From positions 62,001 through 126,000 of IMG/VR virus record IMGVR_UViG_3300028275_000006: a DNA stretch of 64,000 bases. One strand, written 5' to 3'. The notes beneath the pieces were generated by a model that saw only the letters and a program-made list of their open reading frames with translations, was not told the DNA's origin and did not search any database. Every line of letters begins with the position of its first letter. Positions within the stretch are counted from its first letter, which is position 1. Positions 18,203 to 29,200 of this stretch are shown here, piece by piece. Position numbers and translations under genes: made by a program.

Positions 18203-21200
18203 CATATGTTATAACGTGCATCGGAGAATTTTAGGTATTTTTCCTGCACATCGTTGATGTCAGAATCTATGATAAATCTGTCAATTTCAAAATCTAACTG
18301 ATTAAAATCAAAGTTTCTGTTAATAATGTTGTCTAAAATATACTGTCCCTCGCCAGGTTTACAGTAGCATAGAGGTACTGCTTTAACAAATCCTGTAGCC
18401 GCAGTTCTAGCATCCTGTGGAGTAGTCATCCAAAGTGGCAGGAATTCATTTTCAGTTAATCCTACTTCTGAGATATTTGCTCTAACATTTTTAATACTGC
18501 TAGGGTAAACATATTCTGTATCATTGCCACTGACCATAACATTTGCTGTATCGATAGTCACAGGTGTCGACATAGGACTAAATCTGTCAAATGCTTGTTC
18601 ATTTAGTTTGCCATTAATGTATGTACTTCCGTAGGTAACAGTTCCGTTACCGTCAACAGTTCCTAGGGAACCGTCCACTGGATTACGTCTTGCTTGATTA
18701 ATTTTTGTTGGGCTGTTTACACCTCTGTCCAACTTAATTCTGCTGGCCGCAGATTTATTAGCAATTTCATAATCATCTAATATTTCAAGATAAATCACTT
18801 CATAGACAATGTCGTTAGTGCCCTGTACTTTAGCAATGGCCTTTTTAAGATTACCAATTCTGTAACGTTTACGTCGAATGTTCTTTGATATGGCAGCAAT
18901 ATATTCTGGCATTGCTTTACTCTCAATTCCAGCATAGATTAACATTTTTAATTCTGTCTGTAATCCGTAATTAGGATCGCCTAAGCGATAAATTTTTTCT
19001 GGAGTAAACACAGTTGTGTCATTGATAAAGTTATAAAACAATTCTCTCTTTGATTGTTTAGGCAAAGGTTTGGTATAGATATTACTATACAGAGTTAGTG
19101 TACCTTCGCTGATTGTAATTATAAATTCTTTACTTACTGAACTATATCTAAATTGATCCTGTGCATTAACAACAAATCTATAAGAACGATCTACGGTTAA
19201 TAAGTCACCGTCGAATGTGGTATCGCCACCGTCGAATAATGTAAATCCTGAAATGCTGTTAGCACGGAACTGATTAATTTTTCCTTCAATAATACCAGAT
19301 GATTTTAATGTAAGTCCTTCAGGCAATCTTCCGTCTACTAATGTGTATCTTAATTTAGCATTAGGCACGGTTGTAGTTGCTTCCACATAAAAGTTACTTG
19401 GGAAACTTGGTTTAATTGATCCTAGTATTCTATCTGTTGTAAATTGAATTACAGAATCTACTTCGCCTAAGATAGCAATAGTAAATGTCTTCGGAGCAAT
19501 CTGTGTTGAAAACTCACTAACTGATTGGTTATATGTTTTTCTAATAATTAATCCGTCTGTTACATTAGTTAATAATGCATCGGATAGTTTAAGTGTAGCC
19601 ATTGTTCCGCCTAGCACAGTATTACTAATATATTCAGTCATAGTATAGATACTAGGACCAATACGGATAACGTCTCCTATTAGTAAGCCAACATCTTCTT
19701 CTGGTAAAGGCAGTATCTTTAAGAAAGTTTGACCAATAGGTGCATCGTCTGCTACTACAATAGCGACTTCAACTTCTGTTAAATTTTCTTTGTCGTACTT
19801 AATGGCATTAACTGTAAATTTAAACTCTTTAGTAATTGCTGGCTGATACGGTGCAAATCCAAATACTTCAGCAGTATCGGAATCAATATATAAGCCGTCA
19901 GGCAATACGCTTGGAGTCAAATCGTCATTGAGTGCGGCTAATTCATATCTTACAGGACCAACTTCTGGATTAGGATCGAAAACATCCAATAAAATAGTTA
20001 CATAATTGTTGGCTCTTCTTAGGCCAAGGTTGGCGGCACTTAACCATATTGGTGCTCTTAAGTATGTAGAGTCTGCCGTGTAAGCACCGTTACCAACTTG
20101 TAAAAGTGTATTGTCGGTTCTTAAGAAGTCATCGCCTACTACATAAATTCTAAATCTTCTTCTAGCAACAGATTCACCATCGCTGACTGTAACAATAAAT
20201 TCGTAATTTCGATTTAGTTTTCTAGGAGTAACAACATTTAAATAATCTTCTTCTCCTATGTTAGGACGCTTACCAAAGTCATAGGCATAGGCATCATACA
20301 AGTTTGTATCATAGAATCCTGTACGTGCTGTTACGTCTAGGGCAAGGATAGGATCGATAATACCAGTAATTCTTCCTGTGCTACTCATAGACAGACCTGG
20401 GGGAAGTTCTCCATCGCCGTCACCGATAAAATATTCCAAAGTATCTGTTGATGACAAATCTGTATCTGTTGCTTCTAATTGAAAATCTACAGGTGTATTA
20501 TCTAACACAAATGTTAACGGATCTTTAATTAATGTAACAGTACCAGAAACAGTTTGTGAACCTAGGTCGCCACCAAGTTTATTAAAGGTAATTGTAGTAG
20601 AAATTCTTGTTAGATATTCTTCGTACTGTTCTCCGTCTAAAGGCAATGGTTGTAGCACTTCTACATTGGCAGCGTTGAATGCCGCAACGTTGGTAGCAAT
20701 AGTTACAATATTTCCAAATACAAAGTTGTGAGCGGATGCAGTAGTTATAGTAACAAGGTTACTTTGACGTTTGGCGCTAACAACTGCCGACACCCTAGTT
20801 GTGACTGGACCGACTGGTAGTAATCCGGTATCTTCTGTGAAAACTTGATAATATGTACTGTTTGGAGGAGTCACTCCTGAAACAGTAGTTGTAGTTCTGT
20901 ATAGTGTACTTTCGTTAGACACAGTATGTCTAATAACAGTATCTGGGATATAAGTTGCTTCTGGATCAAAATCGTAGATTTGAATGTCTGGATTTGGACC
21001 AGGAGTGATCCATACAGGTGCGTCTGGACCTGCAATGGTCATTGTAAATGTTCTGTCGGAAATTTCTGTACCGTTAGATGCACGGATTACAAATGTAGAT
21101 GTTGTGTTAGTAGAAACTTCTAAAGGAGAGCCCTTGATAACCCAAGTGCTTAAATTTGTATCGTAGGCGACTCGTAGCCCGCTGGGCAAATTGCCTGCGA

Positions 21201-21324
21201 TAACTGAAAATGTTACTCCGGTTAAGTCTGCGCTTGGAATTATAGGCAGAGGTATAGTCTGGGTCTGTCGTTCGTTGTAAGTATTAAAACTGTATCCAGA
21301 CGGTTGATTCCATATATTAAGCAT
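18202..21324 (-). CDS. putative baseplate/structural protein with repeated Ig-like (He_PIG-type) domains
   Basis: Repeated LPSGL/LPPGL/LPDGL/LPEGL Ig-like motifs; structural context. Confidence 0.65.
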   Translation of the reverse strand: MLNIWNQPSGYSFNTYNERQTQTIPLPIIPSADLTGVTFSVIAGNLPSGLRVAYDTNLSTWVIKGSPLEVSTNTTSTFVIRASNGTEISDRTFTMTIAGPDAPVWITPGPNPDIQIYDFDPEATYIPDTVIRHTVSNESTLYRTTTTVSGVTPPNSTYYQVFTEDTGLLPVGPVTTRVSAVVSAKRQSNLVTITTASAHNFVFGNIVTIATNVAAFNAANVEVLQPLPLDGEQYEEYLTRISTTITFNKLGGDLGSQTVSGTVTLIKDPLTFVLDNTPVDFQLEATDTDLSSTDTLEYFIGDGDGELPPGLSMSSTGRITGIIDPILALDVTARTGFYDTNLYDAYAYDFGKRPNIGEEDYLNVVTPRKLNRNYEFIVTVSDGESVARRRFRIYVVGDDFLRTDNTLLQVGNGAYTADSTYLRAPIWLSAANLGLRRANNYVTILLDVFDPNPEVGPVRYELAALNDDLTPSVLPDGLYIDSDTAEVFGFAPYQPAITKEFKFTVNAIKYDKENLTEVEVAIVVADDAPIGQTFLKILPLPEEDVGLLIGDVIRIGPSIYTMTEYISNTVLGGTMATLKLSDALLTNVTDGLIIRKTYNQSVSEFSTQIAPKTFTIAILGEVDSVIQFTTDRILGSIKPSFPSNFYVEATTTVPNAKLRYTLVDGRLPEGLTLKSSGIIEGKINQFRANSISGFTLFDGGDTTFDGDLLTVDRSYRFVVNAQDQFRYSSVSKEFIITISEGTLTLYSNIYTKPLPKQSKRELFYNFINDTTVFTPEKIYRLGDPNYGLQTELKMLIYAGIESKAMPEYIAAISKNIRRKRYRIGNLKKAIAKVQGTNDIVYEVIYLEILDDYEIANKSAASRIKLDRGVNSPTKINQARRNPVDGSLGTVDGNGTVTYGSTYINGKLNEQAFDRFSPMSTPVTIDTANVMVSGNDTEYVYPSSIKNVRANISEVGLTENEFLPLWMTTPQDARTAATGFVKAVPLCYCKPGEGQYILDNIINRNFDFNQLDFEIDRFIIDSDINDVQEKYLKFSDARYNI

Positions 21325-21343
21325 TGTTTAATCCCCGATACTG

Positions 21344-21350
21344 TATTTAT
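21344..21350 (-). promoter_or_regulatory. T4-late-like promoter
   Basis: gATAAATAc within a CCGATA/TATCGG inverted repeat. Confidence 0.55.
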
Positions 21351-21372
21351 CGGTACCGGGAAATTAAATTTA

Positions 21373-22602
21373 TTACCAAGTACCGCCAGTAAATGCTACT
21401 CTGACCCAAATATCGGCTGCGCCGGTTGTATAATCTGCAATACAGCGATAAATGTACGAATTTGTAATAATAACAGTTCCGGCAGCATCTCCAGATGCGC
21501 CCTTAGATGAAGTAGGTGCAGTGGCTGTACTTAATATTAAAGAATCGTTAAGTACAAAATTTCCGCTTACTAGTACACCGTCTCCGTCAAAACTTAGGGG
21601 AATTAGGTCATATGAGCTGGTTCCAGTATTGTAAACTTTAAAGTTTAAACCAGGACTTAGTGCAGGAATTAAGTTGGACTGTGTATATGCTTCTAACTTA
21701 ACTAACTGCTCAGTTGTTGTACCGTTGTTTACTTTAAACTCCATAGCAGAGCCAGATCCTAGCAAATCTAATGCGCGACCATTAATTTCTAATGCTATAG
21801 GACGAGCGCCTGAAGTTGAAGTATCAGTAACCTTTAATAATGTAGGGCTACCAGCAGTTGCATTAAACGTACCGACGCCAGTAACTGTTACATTTCCAAA
21901 TGTAGAAGCACCTGTTACATCGATACCGTTTGAAAAATTAGTGTTAGGAGTTACAGTTAAATCCCCAGAAGTAGTAGTAATGGAACTTGTAACAACACCA
22001 CCAGTAAAACTAGAACCAGTAATAGCGCCGCTAACAGCAAGACTAGTCAGCGTACCAACGCTGGTAATGTTTGTCTGTGCGGCAGTTAATACTGTTCCTG
22101 TTAAATTGCCTGATACATTACCAGTTACATTGCCTGATACATTACCAGTTACATTGCCTGTAAACGTACCTTTAACAACTTCTGCTGGAATTCTTCCGTT
22201 ACCCGAATCAACAAGGAGAGTTGAGTCGCTTGCAAATACATTACCTTCAAGCCACCCATTAAAACCATTAGCATTAACTAGACCAGTAACATTCACGTTA
22301 CCAACATAAGGAGTAGATGTTAAGTTAACAGCGGCACTAAAACTACCAATATTGTTGCCATCGTCAACATATGAAAAGTTTATATTTGTGTGTGTACCTG
22401 TTGCAAATACTGCCGCAACTGCATCTCTTGCGTTTTCGTCTGAAAACGCAGTTACTGATTTGCCACCGGCTGTTCCGTCGATGCCGTTGGTACTGTCGCC
22501 TACATACACTTGCTGAAGTGTTGTATCATAAATTAGTTCGCCTTCGAGGAATTTTCTTGCGGTTCTCTCAGCGGTTGTTCCTCTACGGATTTGTAATGCC
22601 AT
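21373..22602 (-). CDS. tail fibre-like protein
   Basis: ALQIRRGT...GELIYDT N-terminus (Mtd-N-like), TGNV repeats, ITSVGTLTSL. Confidence 0.7.
   Translation of the reverse strand: MALQIRRGTTAERTARKFLEGELIYDTTLQQVYVGDSTNGIDGTAGGKSVTAFSDENARDAVAAVFATGTHTNINFSYVDDGNNIGSFSAAVNLTSTPYVGNVNVTGLVNANGFNGWLEGNVFASDSTLLVDSGNGRIPAEVVKGTFTGNVTGNVSGNVTGNVSGNLTGTVLTAAQTNITSVGTLTSLAVSGAITGSSFTGGVVTSSITTTSGDLTVTPNTNFSNGIDVTGASTFGNVTVTGVGTFNATAGSPTLLKVTDTSTSGARPIALEINGRALDLLGSGSAMEFKVNNGTTTEQLVKLEAYTQSNLIPALSPGLNFKVYNTGTSSYDLIPLSFDGDGVLVSGNFVLNDSLILSTATAPTSSKGASGDAAGTVIITNSYIYRCIADYTTGAADIWVRVAFTGGTW
22105..22160. repeat. 24-bp tandem repeat (2.3 copies) encoding TGNVSGNV
   Basis: attgcctgatacattaccagttac x2 + attgcctg. 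Confidence 0.85.
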
Positions 22603-22614
22603 TCTATTCTCTCC

Positions 22615-23196
22615 TTATGCTATGGGTCCAGCGTCTATACTTATAGGGCTCGGGTCGGTAAACGTGCCCATGTCCGTTCCAATTTCATTTAACAAATAAG
22701 TAATTGGATCGTAGTACGTAGGTGCAATGGGTCCATAGTCAAATGTATTTACCTGTCTATCTAAAAGTGTTACATCAACAAACGGGTTTTGAGTTGCAGT
22801 TCCGCCGTTTCTAATTAAACCTACAACATTTCCAGTTAAAGTGCCAGAAAATGTAGTGGCTGTAACAGTACTAATGTTATTAATAGCCTGCCCATTAAAG
22901 TCAACTGTAGCCGTTGGATGTAAATCTAACTGCAACACATCTCCTACTAATTGTAATCTTAGTGGTCCTAGCGCATCTAGTTTTCTAAGTTCTAGATTGC
23001 TGTCTGCGTTCTTTTGTTTAAAAACACCTAGTCCTGAAGTGCCTATATTTTCAGCACTAACTGGAGCATAACCGTTGTTGTACAGATATTCAAAGTTAGT
23101 TTTAACTTTTTCAAAGGCTGTACGCAGGTCGTCCCCAGTACCGTCGTTGACGACATTTCCTAGGTTAATCTCTTGTAAATCATCATATAATGCCAT
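22615..23196 (-). CDS. baseplate wedge/fibre-connector protein (T4 gp9/gp10 N-terminal-like)
   Basis: INLGNVVNDGTGDDLRTAFEKVKTNF; AAGG RBS before ATG 23196. Confidence 0.7.
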   Translation of the reverse strand: MALYDDLQEINLGNVVNDGTGDDLRTAFEKVKTNFEYLYNNGYAPVSAENIGTSGLGVFKQKNADSNLELRKLDALGPLRLQLVGDVLQLDLHPTATVDFNGQAINNISTVTATTFSGTLTGNVVGLIRNGGTATQNPFVDVTLLDRQVNTFDYGPIAPTYYDPITYLLNEIGTDMGTFTDPSPISIDAGPIA

Positions 23197-23206
23197 GTTA
23201 TTTTCC

Positions 23207-26200
23207 TTAGAATCTACCAACAACAATCTCAACTAGGCCTTCGCCTAAATCGTCTTTGTTCTCTAAACTCTTACCAATAATAGTTCCTACAGATGGAGTA
23301 TTATTAACTATTGCGTAACCTTTCTTAGCCGCAGTAACTAGAATATCACCTTTCTTAACCTTACCAAGTACTTTACATGGCAAGCGTCCTGTTAGGCCTA
23401 CTGCTAGTGGATGTTTTCCTGCTAAATCAGAGTTCATCAAATGCGCTGGTTTTTCAGAAATAACACCAGCAACTCTAGTATCGTTATGTTTGTCAGTGAC
23501 TGTAATTTCTTCATCACCACCAAATACTACAACAGTACCAGTTTCATATTCTGCATCTGACAAGTATTTTTCAGCCAAGTCAGCGTAACGAGCACTTGTA
23601 GCAGTACCATTGAATAATGTTGCGTATAGTGTGTCGGTAAATGGATTACAATAAATGCCGCCTGTGCCATATACACTATTACCGCTACCCCATAACATTT
23701 GATATGTGCTGTTACTATCGTTGTTATAGTTAATTGTAACTGTACTTGCATTACCTGCAATGTTCATTGACTGTCCGCTAATGAACGAAGCAACTTTTGC
23801 GGCTGTAGCAGAGCGATAGTAGTTATCGCCAAACTTAGCCATTATGTATGTAATGGTGCCACCACTTACATCGTCGCTACTGTTAAAGTAACTGCTGTTA
23901 ATATAACGTCCGTTGAAGTCACCGTTAACGTCACGTGCAACTAATGTGCTTCCTGTGGCCGCACTTGTTGCGTTAGTTTGGATTGTACGTGTTGTACTAC
24001 CATCGTAACTTGAACCAGCAGTGAAACTTAGGTATGTGCTTAGACCCAGTGTACCAGCCAATGTACCAGTAACAGCACCGTAGATAGTTCCACCAACACG
24101 TAGGTCGCCACTGATACCTGCACCGCCTGTAACCTGTAATGTACCAGTACCGTTGGCAGCACCTGTTACTGCTTGGTTAGCAGTTAAGGTTACTGTATCG
24201 TTAGCAGACAACAATTTAAAATAACCATTACCTCGAGTAGTTGCACCAATGTTTACGTTGTTTATTGATCCGACACTGGCCGGAGCAATAGTTACAGTAC
24301 CGGTACCACTTGGACTTAGTGTTACGTTAGCATTAGCAGGACTAAATGTTGTAGTGCTTGCTGATGTTATTGCGTTTGCACTTAAAGTACCAACTGTGGT
24401 AATAGTTGTGCCTGCTGAAGTAGTTCCAACTGCTGTTAAGAAGTCTACAGCACCGGGTGTAGTCATAGTCAGTGTAGTTCCGCTGACGCTTAAGGTCTTA
24501 TAACTACTTGAAGTTAAGTCTAACTGTGCTACAGCAACACGGCCGCTACCATCAGATTGTATCAATGAACTAGCCTGAGCACTTGTACTAATGTTTGTTG
24601 TACTGTAAGCGTTTGGACCAATAGCAGTTAAAATCATTGCACGACCATTGCTACCTACTGATCCTGGAGCAAATGACGCATTCTTAATACCATCGCCGTT
24701 GGTAACAATCTGTCCAGATGTTACTTGACGAGGATATGTAGCACTGCCTGTATTATTACCTAAATAAGTGTCGTTGGCAATATACTGTAATTTAGTTTGT
24801 AATACACCTGTAGTTGTTGAACTGGATGTTTGCAACTCAATCCAACCGTTAGTTGCAGTAAATTCTGTACTCTTGAAACTTGCTAGACCCAAATCTGCCT
24901 GTGCAATACTTGTAGCATTTGCACGAGTAGTTGCTTTATTCATGTCTAACTTACTTTGTGCAATAGCCGCACTAGAATTAACGTCTGCGTTAATAATTAC
25001 ATTAGACTTGATGTTTAAAGCAAGATTTTTAGTTCCAGGAGTCAATGAAGTTTGAATATCGCCTGTGCTAACTGTTTCAGCGTTGATCCATTTAACTCCG
25101 TTATAAACTAATAAATCATTTAAACTTCTTGCTGGACTTGTTGAAGTATCAACTCTGTCATCGCTTAGTTCTTGATTTCTAACATATAACTTGTTAGCCG
25201 CATCTGTATCAGCAGTAGGACTACCTAAGTTAGCAATAACAAATCCGCCCATGTCCATTGGATCTGGACCAGTAAATGTTAACAAACCAGCACGATCCAT
25301 GTAGCCTGGACCAATTAGTGCAGTTGGATCTAGAACGTTATTTGTACGATCCATTCCAAGACGTCTGTCAATGTAACCTTGTGTTGCCGCTTCAGTTGGT
25401 AGCGCATCGTTAGCACCGTCAGTAAATCTATCATCGTTTGAGAATTCACTAACTGTAACACCACGCTTAAATCCTAGACCGTCTAAGTTTGACAACGCAA
25501 TAGATGCCGCAAACGTTACACGACCAGTACCTTGGTCAACTGTAAAGAATCGACCTACACGGAAAATACCGTCTTGGTCTGTGGTTACATAGAAACAACG
25601 TCCTCTTGTACGTTCTGTAACTTCACGTGCTTGGTTAGGTTCTTTTGGAGCACCGTAAATCTTGCTTGGGAAGTTAGTATCGTTATAGCCTCCAGTACCA
25701 ATGTCTAAGAAGTCATGTCCTGTAACACGGCAAGTACTAATACGTACAATAACTTCTGCTGGCTCTGTGCTAGATAAACCTGCACGTAATGTTGGAGGTT
25801 CAGAAATATCCAAGTTAAAGTCTGGATCAACTGGTGTATTAATACCGCTAGCAGATGTTCCTGCTAGACACTTATCAGCGACATCTTCTATTTCAACATA
25901 AGCGTAACCGGCTAATAACCCCATGTCAGTGTAACTTAAAATTTTATGAATCTTGCCATCCCAGGCAGTAATCATATCTCCGGTATTAAGTCTGCTTTCA
26001 ATGTCAGTTTCGTTTACACGGTCGATGGCAATCTTAGTATCACCAGCAGTCGACCCCATAGTCTGTCCAACATTATCTGGATCAGCGTTAGATACATTTT
26101 CTGCATTGACTAGTAATTTTACATAATCGTAAGTTGTATCGAAGCCTAGAATACTTTCGTCTACCGCAAGGTCTTCATTTAATGGACCTTTGTTACCGTA

Positions 26201-29200
26201 TGCTAACACACGATAAACAATAGCACCTGCATCGGGATCACCGACGAATGTCAATGCAGTACTTGGACGAACCGGGTTAGTGTCATCGACTTCGTAGAAC
26301 TTAAAGTTTTGGTTACTGCGAATAATAATTGGTTGGTCATGTGACAATGCTACGGCCAAGCCGTTTGTAGCAGTATCATTATTACCGCCAGTGTTGATGT
26401 TTAGACGTAGAACGTTGCCTAGGCCCCATAGGCTAGCCAAACCGCCTGCCCATGTTCCAGGATTGGTACTGTACTCTAGTGTAACACTAGATGTTGTACT
26501 AGCGGTAGCAGTATATACACCGTTAAACCCAGAAGTTGTTGATCCACTAACTGTGTAAGGTACACCAATTCTTGGTGTATATGGTTCAGCAGTGAACGAA
26601 TATGTTACGTAATATTTTCCGCCTGTTGGCCCAGTCTTAAGTGGTGTTCCAGAAACAGACTGTGCCAAGGTACTTGAAACATCAGTTACACCTGCAACTT
26701 CGTAACGAGCAATACCGTTACCAATAATAGTTTTAACAGTGATAAAGAAGCCCGAACCTGTTCCGCCTACGTTTGTATTACTGCAACTTAAAATATCACC
26801 TTCGCTGTATCTAATACCTGCGGCAACTAAACCTACAGTAGTTACTACACCTCCTGACACAACAATGTTAGCAGTGATACCACTACCAGTTCCGCCTGTT
26901 AACGGAACATTAATATATGTGCCGTTGGTATAACCACTACCACCGATTAAACTAGTTGCGTCTAGTTCTGTAACAACGCCAGCGCCGTGGTTAATTTCAA
27001 CTTCAGATACGTTGTATGGTGAGTAATCATGTTGGTAGAAAAATACCTGTAAATCACCAACATCGTTGTCTGTGCTATAAATTCCTTGTTTGTAAACACG
27101 AGCAACCTGCATCATGTTGTCTGACAAGTTACACTTATCTGGAACTTCTAATGGATCACTACCTTCAGAAATAATACCATACTCGCCGTGTGCGTTAGAA
27201 CCGTTCAATGAACGAATCTGTCCACCGTTGTTGGCATAATAAGCAGTCCAGCAATAGTAACTGAACACAGAAACTGTTTCAATCAAACCAATGTTTGTAG
27301 CAACCAGTCCATAACCTAAGTCGTTAATCTGTGTAAAGTCATTTGAACACATACTGGTGTTACCAGCACTTAGTAGCATAAAGTCTTTTACATACTCTAT
27401 GGTAGTAGTGCCAGTGCCAAATGCACCCGGGTCACTTGGATAACGTAGTGTCATCGAAGTTAGTGTAGATGCTACACACTCTACAGCATCATTGTTATAG
27501 TTAGAGTTGCTGTTGCCAAACACTCTATAACGTGTTTTAGTTCTAGGAGCAGTAGTTCCAACGGGCGTAACAATGCTGAATACTACATCGTAAGATCCAT
27601 CCCCGACGCCCGAGTCTGCCTTGCTAGTGAAGGTAGAAATAGTATATTCTAAGTCGTTAGTTACAGGAGTAGTTGTAGAAAGAACTAATCTGTATGTTGG
27701 GTAAACGATAGGTTTGGCACCAGTTAATACTGTTGAAACATCTACTTCCGGGTCTGTAATAACTTCGTTTAATAAATCAAACAACTGTCCTGCTCGTGTA
27801 ACAAATGCAGAGCCGTCGTAGTCAGAACTGAATACCTGTGATACTCTATTCTCTACAGCAACATCGTTAATAACTTGATAATTTAATGTTGGTGGAACTT
27901 GATTCAATACAGCCTGTGCAACTTCCTTGGCATAGGCAAATGAATCTAATGTTTGTGATAATTGATTTTCTAATACAACACGGCTACTAGCAGTACCTAC
28001 ATAGTAACGCTGTGCGGCACGAATTGTTAAGTATGTTCCGCCATATAACAAGTCTGCTGAAACTGCGGCAACAATAAAGCCAACGTCTCGTGAACAAATT
28101 TCTTCATTGTAAACTAATGTGTTTGTATAATTAGCATCGATATAATTTGTTACAGCAGTTTGTAAAGTTGACTTAGCACTTTGTAGTGCAGAATTTGCAC
28201 CAGTTAAGCCAGCACTTACCCAAGCAGTACTTGGAGTAATTGTTGAAGGAACAGAACCGAGCCCAAGGTCGATAATTGTTAAAATTTCTCCAATACGCTG
28301 TCCAGCAGTAGCACTGGCAGAACTGTTACCTGGAGTACCGCGAACCTGCGCAACACCACCTTGTAATGCAGTAATAGGTAAGTCTAATGCAATGTCTTCA
28401 ACTAGACTTTGTAGATAACCATATGCGGCCAATGTTGCTGGTTTCTCAGGAGCCGCAACTTGTAGAGTTGTGTAAGAATAATAAGCCTTACCAGCAATCA
28501 ATGTTTGAATGTTACCACCGTAGGTTAGGTCGTGATATAGTGCATCTAAAATGTATTCTGTATCACGTAAGCATACAGCAGGGTCATAACTTAATCCAAC
28601 ATAGTTGTTAGAAATATATTGAATTACTTCTGCTTTAATAAATTCTCTGTTAGATTCAATCAGTGTTCTAGCACGATTATAATTTACATCGTAGCCTGTT
28701 GGATCAGGAGTTACGATTGCAGGTTCTTGAGTTAGTCCGTTAGTAATAACATCTAAGAACATATTCATGTTGGTAGTTACACTAGTAACTGCGGTAGCAC
28801 TTGCACTAACAACAGATAATATTTCATCTCTTAAGAAAGTAAATGCGTCAATAGTTGCGGCTTTTTGTACGCCAACAGCCACAGCGGCTGAAGCTCTGTA
28901 ATAAGATCTTGCCGCTGTAATTGTCTGGAAGTTGCCGCCAAACATTAAGTCGTAACCAATAGCATCAATTACATAACCCACGTCACGTTGACATGTAGCA
29001 GAATCATAGGTAAATCCTACATATTTGTTGTTAATGTAGTTAATAACTTCTGCTTTGATAAAATCTTTATTATCGACTAACAATGCACGAGCACCACGAG
29101 CACTTGGCGGATTTTCTAAAATGCCAATGAACTCGTCAAACAAATCTTGAATAGTTGCTTCTGCTAAGCCGCCATCGGTAATATCGGTATCGATATACTG

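Noticed and set aside
21674-22309. 211-aa plus-strand ORF and similar antisense ORFs within tail genes
   Set aside because: Codon-bias shadows of Thr/Gly/Val-rich fibre genes.
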